Assembly: GCF_000025685.1 (NCBI RefSeq)
Contig: NC_013966.1
Location: 120,001-152,000, forward strand
Direction: 5' to 3'
DNA from: Haloferax volcanii DS2
GTDB taxonomy: Archaea > Halobacteriota > Halobacteria > Halobacteriales > Haloferacaceae
DNA: 32,000 nucleotides
The position numbers were made by a program, and so were the translations under genes. Numbering within the stretch: position 1 is the first letter of the stretch; each line of letters opens with the position of its first letter. Of the stretch, positions 22,260-31,819 are shown in pieces. The notes below the pieces were generated by a model. The model made no database searches. It saw only the letters and a program-made list of their open reading frames with translations, and was not told where the DNA came from.

Positions 22260-23258
22260 TTATTCTTTAAGTGCTCCTGCGGTTAGTCCGCTGACGATGC
22301 GTTCCTGTGCGATGATGACGAGGACGACGACCGGGATGACCCCGACAACACTCGCTGCGGCCATGAGGTTGTACTGCGTCGTGTACTGGGTCTGGTAGCT
22401 GAGAATCCCGCCGACGATTGGCGACCACTTGGACGCTTCGGGCGAAGTCGCCATAATCGAGCTGAAAAAGTACTCGTTGTAGACGCTGATGAACGTGAGG
22501 ACGCCCGCGGTCGCCACGCCGGGTGCTGAAAGCGGCACGATGACGCGGAATAGCGCGCCCAGTCGGGTCGTTCCCTCCACCCGCGCCGCGTCCTCCAACC
22601 CGTCGGGAATTTGCCCGTAGAAGGTCGTGAGGATAAATATCGACAGCGGCAGGAACAGCGCGCTGAACGGCATGACCATCGACCCCGGGGTGTTCAGCAG
22701 TCGGGGCGGTGTGAATAGCGGGACGCCTATGAAGGGAATCGTTATCGGAGCGTTACCGGCGAACGCCTGAAACAGCGGGATAACGAACGCCGCGGGCGGG
22801 AAGTAACTGATGGCGAGGATACCGAGCATCAACAGCGCGCGCCCGGGGAACTCGATTCGTCCGAACACGTAGCCTGCGAGGCTCGCGACGATGAGGACGA
22901 TAACTGTCGTCGTGGTGGCTAGCACGAAGCTATTCAGCACGTACAGGTGGAACGGGACCTGCTCGAAGACGGTAACGAACGCTGTCGGATTGAATCCCTT
23001 CGGAACGGGGAGCGGAAACGTACCGCTGACGCCGAACAGCTCGACAGTTGGGAGGAAACTCCCGGAAAGAAGATTCTCTTGTGGTGTCACCGCGAGGACG
23101 AGTAACCAGTAGAACGGGAACACTGTCGTGACCATGAAAAACGCCATCGCGACGTAGAACAACGCTCGGTACACGCGTCGTGGGTTGTGGATCGCATTCC
23201 GCGCCCACCGTGCGAGCGGCCCGGTGTCGTCTGACGTATCCTCGGTTTCGCTGGACAT
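22260..23258 (-). CDS. Sugar ABC transporter permease (MalG/UgpE-like)
   Basis: I prefer the ATG at 23258 (MSSETEDTSDD...FPFYWLLVLAV), which overlaps the upstream stop (TAATG). The EAA-loop-like DAARVEGTTRLGALFRVIVPL is present. The 517-aa ORF-track version runs out of frame through the neighbouring permease. Confidence 0.85.
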   Translation of the reverse strand: MSSETEDTSDDTGPLARWARNAIHNPRRVYRALFYVAMAFFMVTTVFPFYWLLVLAVTPQENLLSGSFLPTVELFGVSGTFPLPVPKGFNPTAFVTVFEQVPFHLYVLNSFVLATTTTVIVLIVASLAGYVFGRIEFPGRALLMLGILAISYFPPAAFVIPLFQAFAGNAPITIPFIGVPLFTPPRLLNTPGSMVMPFSALFLPLSIFILTTFYGQIPDGLEDAARVEGTTRLGALFRVIVPLSAPGVATAGVLTFISVYNEYFFSSIMATSPEASKWSPIVGGILSYQTQYTTQYNLMAAASVVGVIPVVVLVIIAQERIVSGLTAGALKE

Positions 23259-24250
23259 TATATCGCGTCCTCCCCCTGCCACAGGATGATTCCCATCACG
23301 ACGACGCCGATGATGGCCGCTGTCACGAACGCGATGGCGGCCGACGTCCCCTCGTGCGTGTTGAACGTCGAGACGACCATACAGGAGAGCGAGGGGACTA
23401 CGGTGCAGCTCGAGACAGTATCGATGATACCGTACACGCGCATCGCCTGCACCGAGCGGAATAACACCGCAACCCCGATGGTCGGCAGGATGAGCGGGAG
23501 CGTGATGTATCTGAACTGCTGCCACTTGCTCGCACCGGCGACGCGGGCCACGTCGTACAGGCTGCGATTGATGCTCTGGAGTCCGGCAAGGATGAGTAGT
23601 GCCATGAACGCGGAGGTCTTCCAGATGTCGGCGACGATAATGATGAACGTCGCGCTGACCGTGTCGTTCAGTGTGTTGGTCGGCGCCACTACCCCGAGGT
23701 CGGCGAGCATCGGCGTCGCGAACCCGACGCTCGAGTCGAACATTAAGAAGAACATCATCCCCTGGATGACGATTGGGACGGCCCACGGAATGATAATCGC
23801 CGCACGGACCCACCGTCGGCCGTAGAAGTCTTGATCTAAGACGAGCGCTTGCCCCAGTCCGATGAGGGTCTCGAACAATACGCTGGCCACGGCGAAGATG
23901 AGGGTGATTACGAGGGCGCTATCGAGGAGACTCGCGGCGTCGAACCCGGTCGGGAGGAACGTCGTCCCGCCGGGGAGGAACCGATTTTTCTCCCCGGTGA
24001 ACAGCGCGACGTAGTTGTCGAGACCAACGAAACGGACACTAGAGAGGTCGGTCGAGACGGCGTACAGTGACAGCTCGAACGTCCGCAAGAGCGGGTAGAT
24101 AGCCACGATACCGAGCAGGACGAATACCGGGGTCAACAGCAGGTACGCGTACTGCGTGTCGCTCAGGTTCTCCAGCCACCGCAAGAAGCCGACGACTGGT
24201 CCCGCCCGTCGTGACTCACGTGCCGGTTCTGCAGCCGTATCGGCGCTCAT
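23258..24250 (-). CDS. Sugar ABC transporter permease (MalF/UgpA-like)
   Basis: 330 aa and multi-TM, with the EAA-like loop YDVARVAGASKWQQFRYITLPLILP. Confidence 0.85.
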   Translation of the reverse strand: MSADTAAEPARESRRAGPVVGFLRWLENLSDTQYAYLLLTPVFVLLGIVAIYPLLRTFELSLYAVSTDLSSVRFVGLDNYVALFTGEKNRFLPGGTTFLPTGFDAASLLDSALVITLIFAVASVLFETLIGLGQALVLDQDFYGRRWVRAAIIIPWAVPIVIQGMMFFLMFDSSVGFATPMLADLGVVAPTNTLNDTVSATFIIIVADIWKTSAFMALLILAGLQSINRSLYDVARVAGASKWQQFRYITLPLILPTIGVAVLFRSVQAMRVYGIIDTVSSCTVVPSLSCMVVSTFNTHEGTSAAIAFVTAAIIGVVVMGIILWQGEDAI

Positions 24251-24313
24251 ACTATCCCTCCGAGAGGTGTGGGACTCATGGTTTGATCTGGTAAGTGTGG
24301 AGCTCTCCGCTCG

Positions 24314-25801
24314 TCAGTTGCTTCTCTCAGTCTCTTCGAGGCTGGACTGGAGCGTTGCCATCGCCTCGGACGAAGCCACCTCTTGTCCGACCGCGCGATT
24401 GGCCTGCTCCGCGATCTTGCTCGATTGGTTGTTCCAGACCGACGTAACTGGTCGAGCCATCGTGTTCTCACCGGCGACGCGGAGCGTGTCCATGTAGTCG
24501 CCGGCCGGTTCGAGCCCCGCAGCCGTCTCGGAGTTAAACAGGCTCGCCCGCGGAGGTAGCCACCCCTCGATCTCCAGAAGGAACAGCTGGAACTCCTCGC
24601 GCATCGACGCTTGGATGACCTGTGTGACAGCGTCGAGCTTCTGGCTGTTCGGGTTGACAGTGATGTGCCAGCCACCGAGTGCGGAGGTGGACCCACCGGT
24701 TCCGGGGAACTGCGCCTCGCTTTCAGGGACACCGTAGGGAAGCGGCATCGTCCCGAGGTCGTCACCGAACTCCGACGCTGCTTGGTTAATCGCGTACGGC
24801 CAGTTTCGGTGGAACACGGCGTTCCCGTCGACGAACGGTGCGAGCGAACTGTCTTCGATCCACCCGAGGATGTTCGTCGGTGTGAAGCCGCCGCCGTAGT
24901 CGCTGAATTGCCCGTCGAAGCTCTCGTCGTGGACGAATTTTCGCATCATATTCAACGAGTTGACTACCGGGTCCGAATCGACGGTGACGGGGCGTTCGCC
25001 GACGGGGCCGAAGAGGTTCTCCCGGCCACCGAAGTAGGCACCGCCCCACGAAGACAGCACCTCGTTGAAGGTACAACAGGCGGTGCCGACGTAGATATCC
25101 CACTGGGTGGTAAAGCCGTAATCGACGCCCGAGACCTCCTGTGCCTCGGCGGCGATGTTCGACCACCGCTTCCACGTCATCGGTTCGGTGGCCCAGTTCT
25201 CCTCAGTCGGATTGTAACCCGCCTCTTCGACGAGGTCTTTCCGGTACAACATCGTCGGGTAGTCGGGGTACAGCGGAACACCGAACAGGTCCCCGCTGGC
25301 GGGGTCGATGGCCGTCTCGGTGAATCCGCCGAAGTACTCGTTTTCGATGGTTGAAAGCGCGCTCTCGGGGAGGACCTCCGAGAGGTTAGCGAGCTGTCCC
25401 CGCTGGATGAAGATGTTCACCCAGCCGTTGTCCATCATGAACATATCCGGCGTCGTCTCTTGAGAGCTCAAGAGCCGGTTGTACGTCGCCCGACGCTTCC
25501 CGCTGTCCGGCTGGCCCGGCTGAAACTCGACGCGGATGTCGTCCGACAGCCCTCCTTTCTCGTGTAGCGCCGTGCGGAGCTGGTCCGCGTGGTCCTGTGC
25601 GACAGTCGCGTCAAAGCCCCAGACGACGGTTGTTCCGCCGCTTTCGGACTCACCGACCTGTGCACCGGTGTCGGAGCCGTTGCCAAACATACTCGCACAG
25701 CCGGAGAGGCCCGCTGTGGCCCCCGTCGCACCAGCAGCGGTGATAAACCGCCGTCGTGAGACGCTCTTCGTCGTCTTGCTCGTCTCTGGGTTCGTTGTCA
25801 T
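24314..25801 (-). CDS. ABC transporter substrate-binding lipoprotein (Tat signal plus lipobox)
   Basis: SRRRFITAAGATGATAGLSGC combines a twin-arginine signal with a lipobox Cys. At 495 aa it has the size and composition of a family-1 extracellular solute-binding protein. Confidence 0.85.
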   Translation of the reverse strand: MTTNPETSKTTKSVSRRRFITAAGATGATAGLSGCASMFGNGSDTGAQVGESESGGTTVVWGFDATVAQDHADQLRTALHEKGGLSDDIRVEFQPGQPDSGKRRATYNRLLSSQETTPDMFMMDNGWVNIFIQRGQLANLSEVLPESALSTIENEYFGGFTETAIDPASGDLFGVPLYPDYPTMLYRKDLVEEAGYNPTEENWATEPMTWKRWSNIAAEAQEVSGVDYGFTTQWDIYVGTACCTFNEVLSSWGGAYFGGRENLFGPVGERPVTVDSDPVVNSLNMMRKFVHDESFDGQFSDYGGGFTPTNILGWIEDSSLAPFVDGNAVFHRNWPYAINQAASEFGDDLGTMPLPYGVPESEAQFPGTGGSTSALGGWHITVNPNSQKLDAVTQVIQASMREEFQLFLLEIEGWLPPRASLFNSETAAGLEPAGDYMDTLRVAGENTMARPVTSVWNNQSSKIAEQANRAVGQEVASSEAMATLQSSLEETERSN

Positions 25802-25851
25802 CGTCCGAATTGTTCATCAAAATAGGGCCACTTATACTTTAGGGATTAGCT

Positions 25852-25865
25852 TTGTGATATCACAA
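25852..25865. promoter_or_regulatory. Perfect 14-bp palindrome in the divergent promoter (candidate TrmB-family operator)
   Basis: ttgtgatatcacaa lies between the binding-protein gene (start 25801, minus strand) and the glucoamylase gene (start 25899, plus strand). It is flanked by TATA-like cttatacttta (25831-25841) and aactttatct (25867-25876). Confidence 0.5.
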
Positions 25866-25898
25866 GAACTTTATCTGAACTCTGTGGCCAGTAGGTGT

Positions 25899-27908
25899 AT
25901 GGGACTCCGACGGTCACTCGACGATTACAAGCAGAACGAAGACGCGACCGACGTATTTCCGGGCGAACGGCGCACGCGGCGAGGCAGATTCAGCGGGTCG
26001 GACCAACGCCTCGTTCACGTTTCACCAGCCGGGTCGCTCCGAGACTACTCGTACCCACTTTCGGGATTCGGCGGCATCGTGTCCTCACGCTTCGGCGTCC
26101 GTGTCGGCGACGCCGTCGAGTGGTTCGATGCGCTCGACACAGGGAGCCAGACGTACCGAGCGGGTCGCTCGCTCGTCGAGACGACGCACCGTCTCGACGG
26201 ATTCGACGTGGTACAACGCGACGTTACTGACGGCCTCGCCCACACGACGGCGTTTGAGCTTGGCGACGGTGCACCCGAAGATATCGAACTGGCCGGGTTC
26301 GTCGAGATCAGCCCGGAGGGGCGAGATGGGCGCGTTGGGCAGCTCGTCCACGACGACGCCGTCGAGGTGTATCACAACCGAGAGCACGACTATCTCGGCA
26401 CCTCGACTGAGTTCGTGGAGTGTACGCCCCAAGTACTCGAGCGGTTCGACGAGATACTCGCCGCGGAATCGCGGTCGTTTCCGGAGTTCGGTGCGTCCGA
26501 AGAGTACGAGGAGAGTCGCCTCACCGGCGGTGTTGGAGTCCGCGTCGCTTTCGAGGATGGTGAGGCCAGTCTCGTCACCCTGCTGTCGGACATCGAAACG
26601 CAGTCGCGCTCGGATGCGCTCTCTGCGGTCGCGACCCGGACGCGACGACCCAACAGCGATTCAGCCTCGCTCCTCGCGACGGCCCGGCAGGCCGGACAGT
26701 ACCCCACGGTCACGGATCGGCTCGTCGCGACTGACCTTTCGGTCCTTGAGTTACTCTCCGCACCGACTGGGGCCCGAATTGCGGGGCCGGATTTCGACCC
26801 GTTCTACCAGTACTCCGGCGGCTATGGTTACACGTGGTTTCGAGACGACGGAGAAGTTTCGACGTTTCTCTTGGAAGCCGACGAATCACTCGGGTTCGAC
26901 GCAGCCGAGGCACACCGACAGAGCGCCGAGTTCTACTTGCGGACGCAGTTACCTGACGGCCGGTGGCCCCACCGAGTATGGCCGATGAACGGCCGGCTCG
27001 CGCCGGGTTGGGCGAACGGCCACATCGAGGGCACGGAAACGCAGTATCAAGCCGACCAGACTGCGAGCGTCCTCGTTTTCCTCGCCGAGTACCTCTCGGC
27101 ACACCGACAGTCGCTCCGAAACGTCACCGTCGAGGCCATCGAGAGCGCATTACAGTCGGGAGTCGATGGGCTCGACAGCTCGCTGGAAGACGATTGCTTT
27201 CCGACGGTATGCGAAAACGCGTGGGAGAATACGAATGGCCGTTTCACGCACACCGCCGCGAAGTTCGTTCAGGCCTACAGTACGATTGCGGCCGTCACGT
27301 GCGATGCAACTACCAGAGAGCGTGCAGCTACGCGGGCAACGCAGGTCTTCGACGCACTCGATATGGCGTGGGTCCCCGACGAGGGTATCTACGCGCTCCG
27401 ATTAGACGACGGGGACGGTGACTTGGACGACCGAGTCGACAGCACTACCTTCTCACTCGTCGACGCCTATCTCGCCTATCGGGACATCGAGGACATCGGC
27501 GACACGCGATTGCGGCGGCTCGAACGCCATCTCCACACCGCGTTCTCCAGGCTCTGGAAAGAGACCGACGACATCTCCGGACTCACGCGATTCGAGGACG
27601 ATACGTGGCGGCGGCGGGGGCAGGGAAGCGAGAAGGTTTGGACCGTCTCGACTGGCTGGGGTGCGTACGCGGCCGAGAAGTCGATTCGACTCTTCTCGTC
27701 GACCGACGAATACGACCCCGAGAAGTGGGCGGACCGGTTGTTCGACGAGATTGACCTTGATGGCAGTCTGTGCCTTCCATCGGGGTATCTCCCAGAGCAG
27801 TTCTTCGACACCGGCGCGCCGGACAGCGCGACGCCGTTGGGTTGGTCCCACGCTATTCGATTAGCCACGCACGCGTCCCGTGTCACCCGAGGTACTTGCA
27901 CCGAGTAG
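25899..27908 (+). CDS. Glycoside hydrolase family 15 (glucoamylase / glucodextranase-like)
   Basis: I prefer the ATG at 25899 (MGLRRSLDDY...); the ORF-track start at 25536 is antisense to the binding-protein gene. GYGYTWFRDDGEV (the WxRD motif), CENAWEN (acid/base Glu region) and LPEQFF...PLGWSHA (C-terminal catalytic region) are GH15-like. 669 aa. Confidence 0.85.
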   Translation: MGLRRSLDDYKQNEDATDVFPGERRTRRGRFSGSDQRLVHVSPAGSLRDYSYPLSGFGGIVSSRFGVRVGDAVEWFDALDTGSQTYRAGRSLVETTHRLDGFDVVQRDVTDGLAHTTAFELGDGAPEDIELAGFVEISPEGRDGRVGQLVHDDAVEVYHNREHDYLGTSTEFVECTPQVLERFDEILAAESRSFPEFGASEEYEESRLTGGVGVRVAFEDGEASLVTLLSDIETQSRSDALSAVATRTRRPNSDSASLLATARQAGQYPTVTDRLVATDLSVLELLSAPTGARIAGPDFDPFYQYSGGYGYTWFRDDGEVSTFLLEADESLGFDAAEAHRQSAEFYLRTQLPDGRWPHRVWPMNGRLAPGWANGHIEGTETQYQADQTASVLVFLAEYLSAHRQSLRNVTVEAIESALQSGVDGLDSSLEDDCFPTVCENAWENTNGRFTHTAAKFVQAYSTIAAVTCDATTRERAATRATQVFDALDMAWVPDEGIYALRLDDGDGDLDDRVDSTTFSLVDAYLAYRDIEDIGDTRLRRLERHLHTAFSRLWKETDDISGLTRFEDDTWRRRGQGSEKVWTVSTGWGAYAAEKSIRLFSSTDEYDPEKWADRLFDEIDLDGSLCLPSGYLPEQFFDTGAPDSATPLGWSHAIRLATHASRVTRGTCTE

Positions 27909-28001
27909 GGTTGTTACATTCAAACAGCGGAGTCCGAGGCGGTCATGCGTCGGACAACTCCCTACCTGTACTCTCATCTTTACTAAGATTTATCCCCCGC
28001 G

Positions 28002-29084
28002 TTGGCCGAACACTTGGGTATGGTTGAAGACGAGGTGGTGGACAGCCTCATGAGAATTGGGCTCTCGGACAAGGAGTCGCGAGCATACGTGACGATACTC
28101 CGTAACGGGGCGACGACAATCCGAGTCGTCTCTGAAGAGGCTGACATCTCTAAGAGTTACGCGTACGATATCGTCGGAAAACTCGAAGAGCGCAACCTCA
28201 TCGAAATCGACGATCACGTCCAACCGACGCAGTTGCGAGCGATTCCGCCCGCAGAGGGCATTGACAACCTCGTGTCCCAACTACAGACCGTCGAGTCCCA
28301 GTTAGAGGATCTGTTTGACTCCGAGAGCTACGAACAGCAGAAGTTCAGTATCATCAAATCTCGACGGACGATACTCGCTCAGCTCAACAAGCTGATCGAC
28401 GCCGCTGAATCGGAACTCGTTCTCGCACTTCCCGCATCGGTGCTTCCTCGGGTCGAAGACTCGCTCAGAGAGGCGCGGAGTCGGGGAGTATTTTGTATGC
28501 TTCTCGTCACGGAGTATGACGGCACGAGTTCGATCGACGATGCGACCGCGAGTATCATTCAGACGTGGAGCGCCCCGGCACCGGTGACGCTTACTGTTGA
28601 CCGGAGTGACGGTATCATCGCCTCGGCAGATGCGATACTGAATTCGAACTCCGATGAATATGCCATCTACCACGCTGAGGAGCACATCGTCTCTTCGTTG
28701 TTCGACTCGTTTATCGCGAACTACTGGCCGATGGGCGAGCAGGTGCATGTCGGGTCAAAAAGTCAACTGCCGGCGACGTTCACGAGTTTCCGCCACGCGG
28801 TGTTCGATGCGACGCTACATCTGATGGACGGAGCTGTCGTCACGGCCGAGATGGATATCCGTCCCACCCAGAGTAACGCGGCGTTCGAGACGACGACTGG
28901 GACGATCGTGGCGGTGAAACAGAGCCTCGTTCGGCCCTTCTCGAACGACTTCCCGACCCAGGAGTCGTTCGTCGTTGAGACACCTGACGACACGTTTACC
29001 GTCGGCGGCTCGAAGGCGTTTTTGGAGGATTTCGAGGCCCGGCGCGTCGTCTTTCGTTCGGTCAGCGACGCAAAACAGGGCTAG
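28002..29084 (+). CDS. TrmB-family sugar-sensing transcriptional regulator
   Basis: The N-terminal wHTH LMRIGLSDKESRAYVTILRNGATTIRVVSEEADISKSYAYDIVGKLEERNLIE is followed by a coiled-coil and a C-terminal TrmB-type sensing domain. TTG at 28002; the likelier start is the ATG at 28020. Confidence 0.8.
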   Translation: MAEHLGMVEDEVVDSLMRIGLSDKESRAYVTILRNGATTIRVVSEEADISKSYAYDIVGKLEERNLIEIDDHVQPTQLRAIPPAEGIDNLVSQLQTVESQLEDLFDSESYEQQKFSIIKSRRTILAQLNKLIDAAESELVLALPASVLPRVEDSLREARSRGVFCMLLVTEYDGTSSIDDATASIIQTWSAPAPVTLTVDRSDGIIASADAILNSNSDEYAIYHAEEHIVSSLFDSFIANYWPMGEQVHVGSKSQLPATFTSFRHAVFDATLHLMDGAVVTAEMDIRPTQSNAAFETTTGTIVAVKQSLVRPFSNDFPTQESFVVETPDDTFTVGGSKAFLEDFEARRVVFRSVSDAKQG

Positions 29085-29249
29085 ATTCCTGCTCTTTCTC
29101 ACCGACTAGTCGGAATGGACGGCCCCGCGTGGGACTCCTCTACGTTCCTCTCGGTTGGGTTGACCCGACCGCCTTCGATGTCACTCGATTAGCGGAACGT
29201 CCATTTTGTTCATCCGCGAACGGGGTGCGGACACGTTGATAATCAAACT

Positions 29250-30650
29250 CAGTACATCACAAAGCCTGTTAGTTGAGACGTCTGCTTGCTGAAGATGTGT
29301 CCAAGCAACCACAGCAAGCAGACGATGAAATCCACGAGGACCAGCTCCTTAACTTCCTCGTCAACTCTCTTGACGAGGAAGTTGCTCTCTCACTCGCTGA
29401 AAACGCTGAACTCGATGCTGAAGACATCTACGAGGTCCTCGTCGGCGCCTGCGCCGACGGGACCTCGGTCTCAACGCTCTGTGAGAGAAGCGAAGATGCA
29501 CCACACGAAAATTCGGTTCTCTACCATCTCCGCACCAAATTTGACCTTGAGACGCTCGAACAGGTTGGAAACACGCTCCTCCAGAAGGACATTCTCAACG
29601 TCCTTCCCCAGCAGGTGGAGGTCTGCGCAGACCTCCACCTGCGGCCCTACTACGGCGACGAAGACGATACAGACGGCCTGTATCACTCACAAGCGAAGCG
29701 TGGAACCACCGCGTTCCACGCGTACGCGACACTGTACGCACGCGTGAAGAACAAACGCTACACGCTGGCGGTGCGCCGTCTCGAAGACGGCGACACCGCC
29801 AGCAGTGTCCTCGCAGAGTTCCTCGGTATTCTCGACGGCCTTGACCTCGGTGTCAAGGCCGTCTATCTTGACCGCGAATTCTACGACAGCAAGTGTTTGA
29901 CGCTGCTTCAGGCGCACAACCACGCGTACGTCATGCCGATCGTCCGCTGGGGACGGACGATCAAGCGAGAACTCTCAGAAGGATGGAGTCGCGTGATTCA
30001 GCACAGTCTGACAGCGAAACTCGACGGTCACAGCTGGACCGTCGAGTTTCCCGTCTACATCGACTGTACCTACCAAAACGGACGGTACGACGAACATGGG
30101 GTGGCGCGTCACGGCTACGCCGCTGACGCGCCGTTCATCGACTCACCACGGGACGCTCGATACCACTACGCGAAACGCTTCGGTATCGAGGCAAGCTATC
30201 GACTCTCCGAGCAAAGTATCGCGACGACCTCGACACAAAATCCGGTCGTACGGCTGCTGTACGTCGTGGTGAGCTTGCTGTTACAGAACGTGTGGCGGTA
30301 TCTGCACTGGGAGTACGTGGCGACGCCCCGCCGAGGCGGGCGTCGCCTCTGGCAGTGGCCATTCAAGGAGTTCATCAACATGATCCGACGGGCAGCGTGG
30401 ACGGCCCTCGCGACGCGTCGGGCCGTCCCCGCGAACCGGCCACCGGACGACCGGTTCCACCGGTAACTCCCGACCGGGCTAGCCAACGGTGGGAGTGGCG
30501 ACGCTGTCGCGTCGGCGGCAGCCGCCGCCGACAGCGACAGCTCTCCGTCCGTTCGCCCAAGATTCTCTCGTCGAGACCGCCAGTGCAACCGCTCGGTCAC
30601 AGAACTCAGGCTTCAGAAACAGCTAGCCGAGGACGCTTTGTGAAGTACTG
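29250..30650 (+). mobile_element. ISH-type insertion sequence, copy 2 (same type and orientation as 1463-2860)
   Basis: Termini cagtacatcacaaagc and gctttgtgaagtactg. 1401 bp. It differs from copy 1 by scattered substitutions and a 3-bp length difference near the left end. Confidence 0.85.
29273..30466 (+). CDS. DDE transposase of IS copy 2
   Basis: 397-aa ORF from the TTG at 29273. The GTG at 29297 corresponds to the copy 1 start. About 8 aa substitutions relative to copy 1. Confidence 0.85.
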   Translation: MRRLLAEDVSKQPQQADDEIHEDQLLNFLVNSLDEEVALSLAENAELDAEDIYEVLVGACADGTSVSTLCERSEDAPHENSVLYHLRTKFDLETLEQVGNTLLQKDILNVLPQQVEVCADLHLRPYYGDEDDTDGLYHSQAKRGTTAFHAYATLYARVKNKRYTLAVRRLEDGDTASSVLAEFLGILDGLDLGVKAVYLDREFYDSKCLTLLQAHNHAYVMPIVRWGRTIKRELSEGWSRVIQHSLTAKLDGHSWTVEFPVYIDCTYQNGRYDEHGVARHGYAADAPFIDSPRDARYHYAKRFGIEASYRLSEQSIATTSTQNPVVRLLYVVVSLLLQNVWRYLHWEYVATPRRGGRRLWQWPFKEFINMIRRAAWTALATRRAVPANRPPDDRFHR

Positions 30651-30803
30651 ATATTTGAAGAGTTGTGTTTATTCGATATTATTATATGATATTCCAGACA
30701 GTCTGTATCGCCTAATTATCGGACGTGAATCCGCATTTGGCAGTAGTATGATATTTGAGGGAATCAGGGGCCACGGCAGGACGGACAGAGAGGCGAACAC
30801 TCG

Positions 30804-30950
30804 ATGACGAGGGGGGTCGGGATAACGCGACAGCGGGTGAGTACAGTCGTGTTGGCGTTGGTAACGGTGATGTCGCTCGTCGCGTGGGTACCGGTCGGCG
30901 CGGCGCTGACGATATCTGACCCGCCGTCACCGACGGCGACGAACGAGTGA
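30804..30950 (+). CDS. Small protein with an N-terminal signal or TM segment (48 aa), speculative
   Basis: Own translation: MTRGVGITRQRVSTVVLALVTVMSLVAWVPVGAALTISDPPSPTATNE*. It falls below the ORF-track cutoff. The antisense long ORFs here are Arg-rich artefacts. Confidence 0.25.
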   Translation: MTRGVGITRQRVSTVVLALVTVMSLVAWVPVGAALTISDPPSPTATNE

Positions 30951-31022
30951 GCGCGTCGGCGAGCGCGAACCCGAAACCGTTCCGAGTCAGGACGAGAAGA
31001 TAGTCCGAGAGAGAATCCGGCG

Positions 31023-31238
31023 TCAGCGCTTCTCGCTCGCGGCTTCGACCGACGCGAAGAAGCCGAAGTACGCGACGACGCCCGCACCCATACAGAGGTA
31101 GAACGCCCACTGCGGTCCGTCGAGAACGTCGAACAGGACCGAAACGACCGTCACCCACGCCAGGGCGAACAGCAGGTCGGTTAGCATCCCCGAGCGGTGT
31201 TCGCGCACGTGGGTGCGAATCGTCTCCGCGAGGCTCAT
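31023..31238 (-). CDS. Small two-TM membrane protein (71 aa)
   Basis: LLFALAWVTVVSVLFDVL and AFYLCMGAGVVAYFGFFA are hydrophobic helices. ATG start. Confidence 0.45.
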   Translation of the reverse strand: MSLAETIRTHVREHRSGMLTDLLFALAWVTVVSVLFDVLDGPQWAFYLCMGAGVVAYFGFFASVEAASEKR

Positions 31239-31327
31239 CGACAGGGCACCTCGCCGGGAGTCGCGGGCGACGTAGTCGTCGTCGCGCGGGTGGTGGCCGT
31301 TCTCGCGTGGGTCGCGTCGTACATCGG

Positions 31328-31816
31328 TTACGCGTCCGCTTCCGCTTCCGTTTCCGCTTTCTTTTCGTGGACGTCGACGACAAGCACCGGGAGCCGCGTC
31401 CGCCGGAGGACGCGTTCGGTCACGCTCCCGAGGACGACCCGGGAGAGACCGGAGCGACCGTGCGAGCCCATCACGACGAGGTCGATGTCGTTGTCCTCGA
31501 CGAACTTCCTGATGGCTCGCGCCGGTTCGCCCGGGACGACGTGTTCGCGGACGGCCAGTCCGTGTTCGGCGGCGGCGGCGGCGACGTAGCCCGTGGCCGC
31601 GTCGGCCGCGTCCTTCACTTCGGGCATGTCGTCGAGGTGGCCCTGCCGGATGCGGTCGACCTGCTCCGTTCCCAGCGAGTAGCTTGTGGCGTCGACGTCG
31701 ACGACGTACAGCGCGTGGACCGTCGCGCCGTACTTCGAGGCGAGGTCGACCGCCTGTTCGACGGCGTACTCCGCCGCGTCGCTTCCGTCAGTCGGAACGA
31801 GGATGTGTTCGTACAT
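31328..31816 (-). CDS. Universal stress protein (UspA family)
   Basis: MYEHILVPTDGSDAA...LVVMGSHGRSGLSRVVLGSVTERVLRRTRLPVLVV is the canonical Usp ATP-binding motif G-2x-G-9x-G(S/T). Confidence 0.85.
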   Translation of the reverse strand: MYEHILVPTDGSDAAEYAVEQAVDLASKYGATVHALYVVDVDATSYSLGTEQVDRIRQGHLDDMPEVKDAADAATGYVAAAAAEHGLAVREHVVPGEPARAIRKFVEDNDIDLVVMGSHGRSGLSRVVLGSVTERVLRRTRLPVLVVDVHEKKAETEAEADA

Positions 31817-31819
31817 TGG

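Noticed and set aside
22260-23813. 517-aa ORF-track version of the second permease
   Set aside because: Its N-terminal ~185 aa (Arg/His-rich) read out of frame across the neighbouring permease gene 23258..24250. The internal ATG at 23258 overlaps that gene's stop (TAATG) and gives a normal 332-aa MalG-like permease.
25536-25898. N-terminal extension of the GH15 ORF (track start 25536)
   Set aside because: The extension is antisense to the substrate-binding protein gene and crosses the AT-rich promoter. The ATG at 25899 follows a TATA-like box at a suitable distance.
30712-31383. 223-aa ORF (MSSTSTKRKRKRKRKRTRNR...) and the overlapping 107-aa ORF
   Set aside because: Extreme Arg/Pro/Ser composition is typical of off-frame or antisense reading of high-GC DNA. 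They overlap the more plausible small membrane-protein gene and the UspA 3' end.
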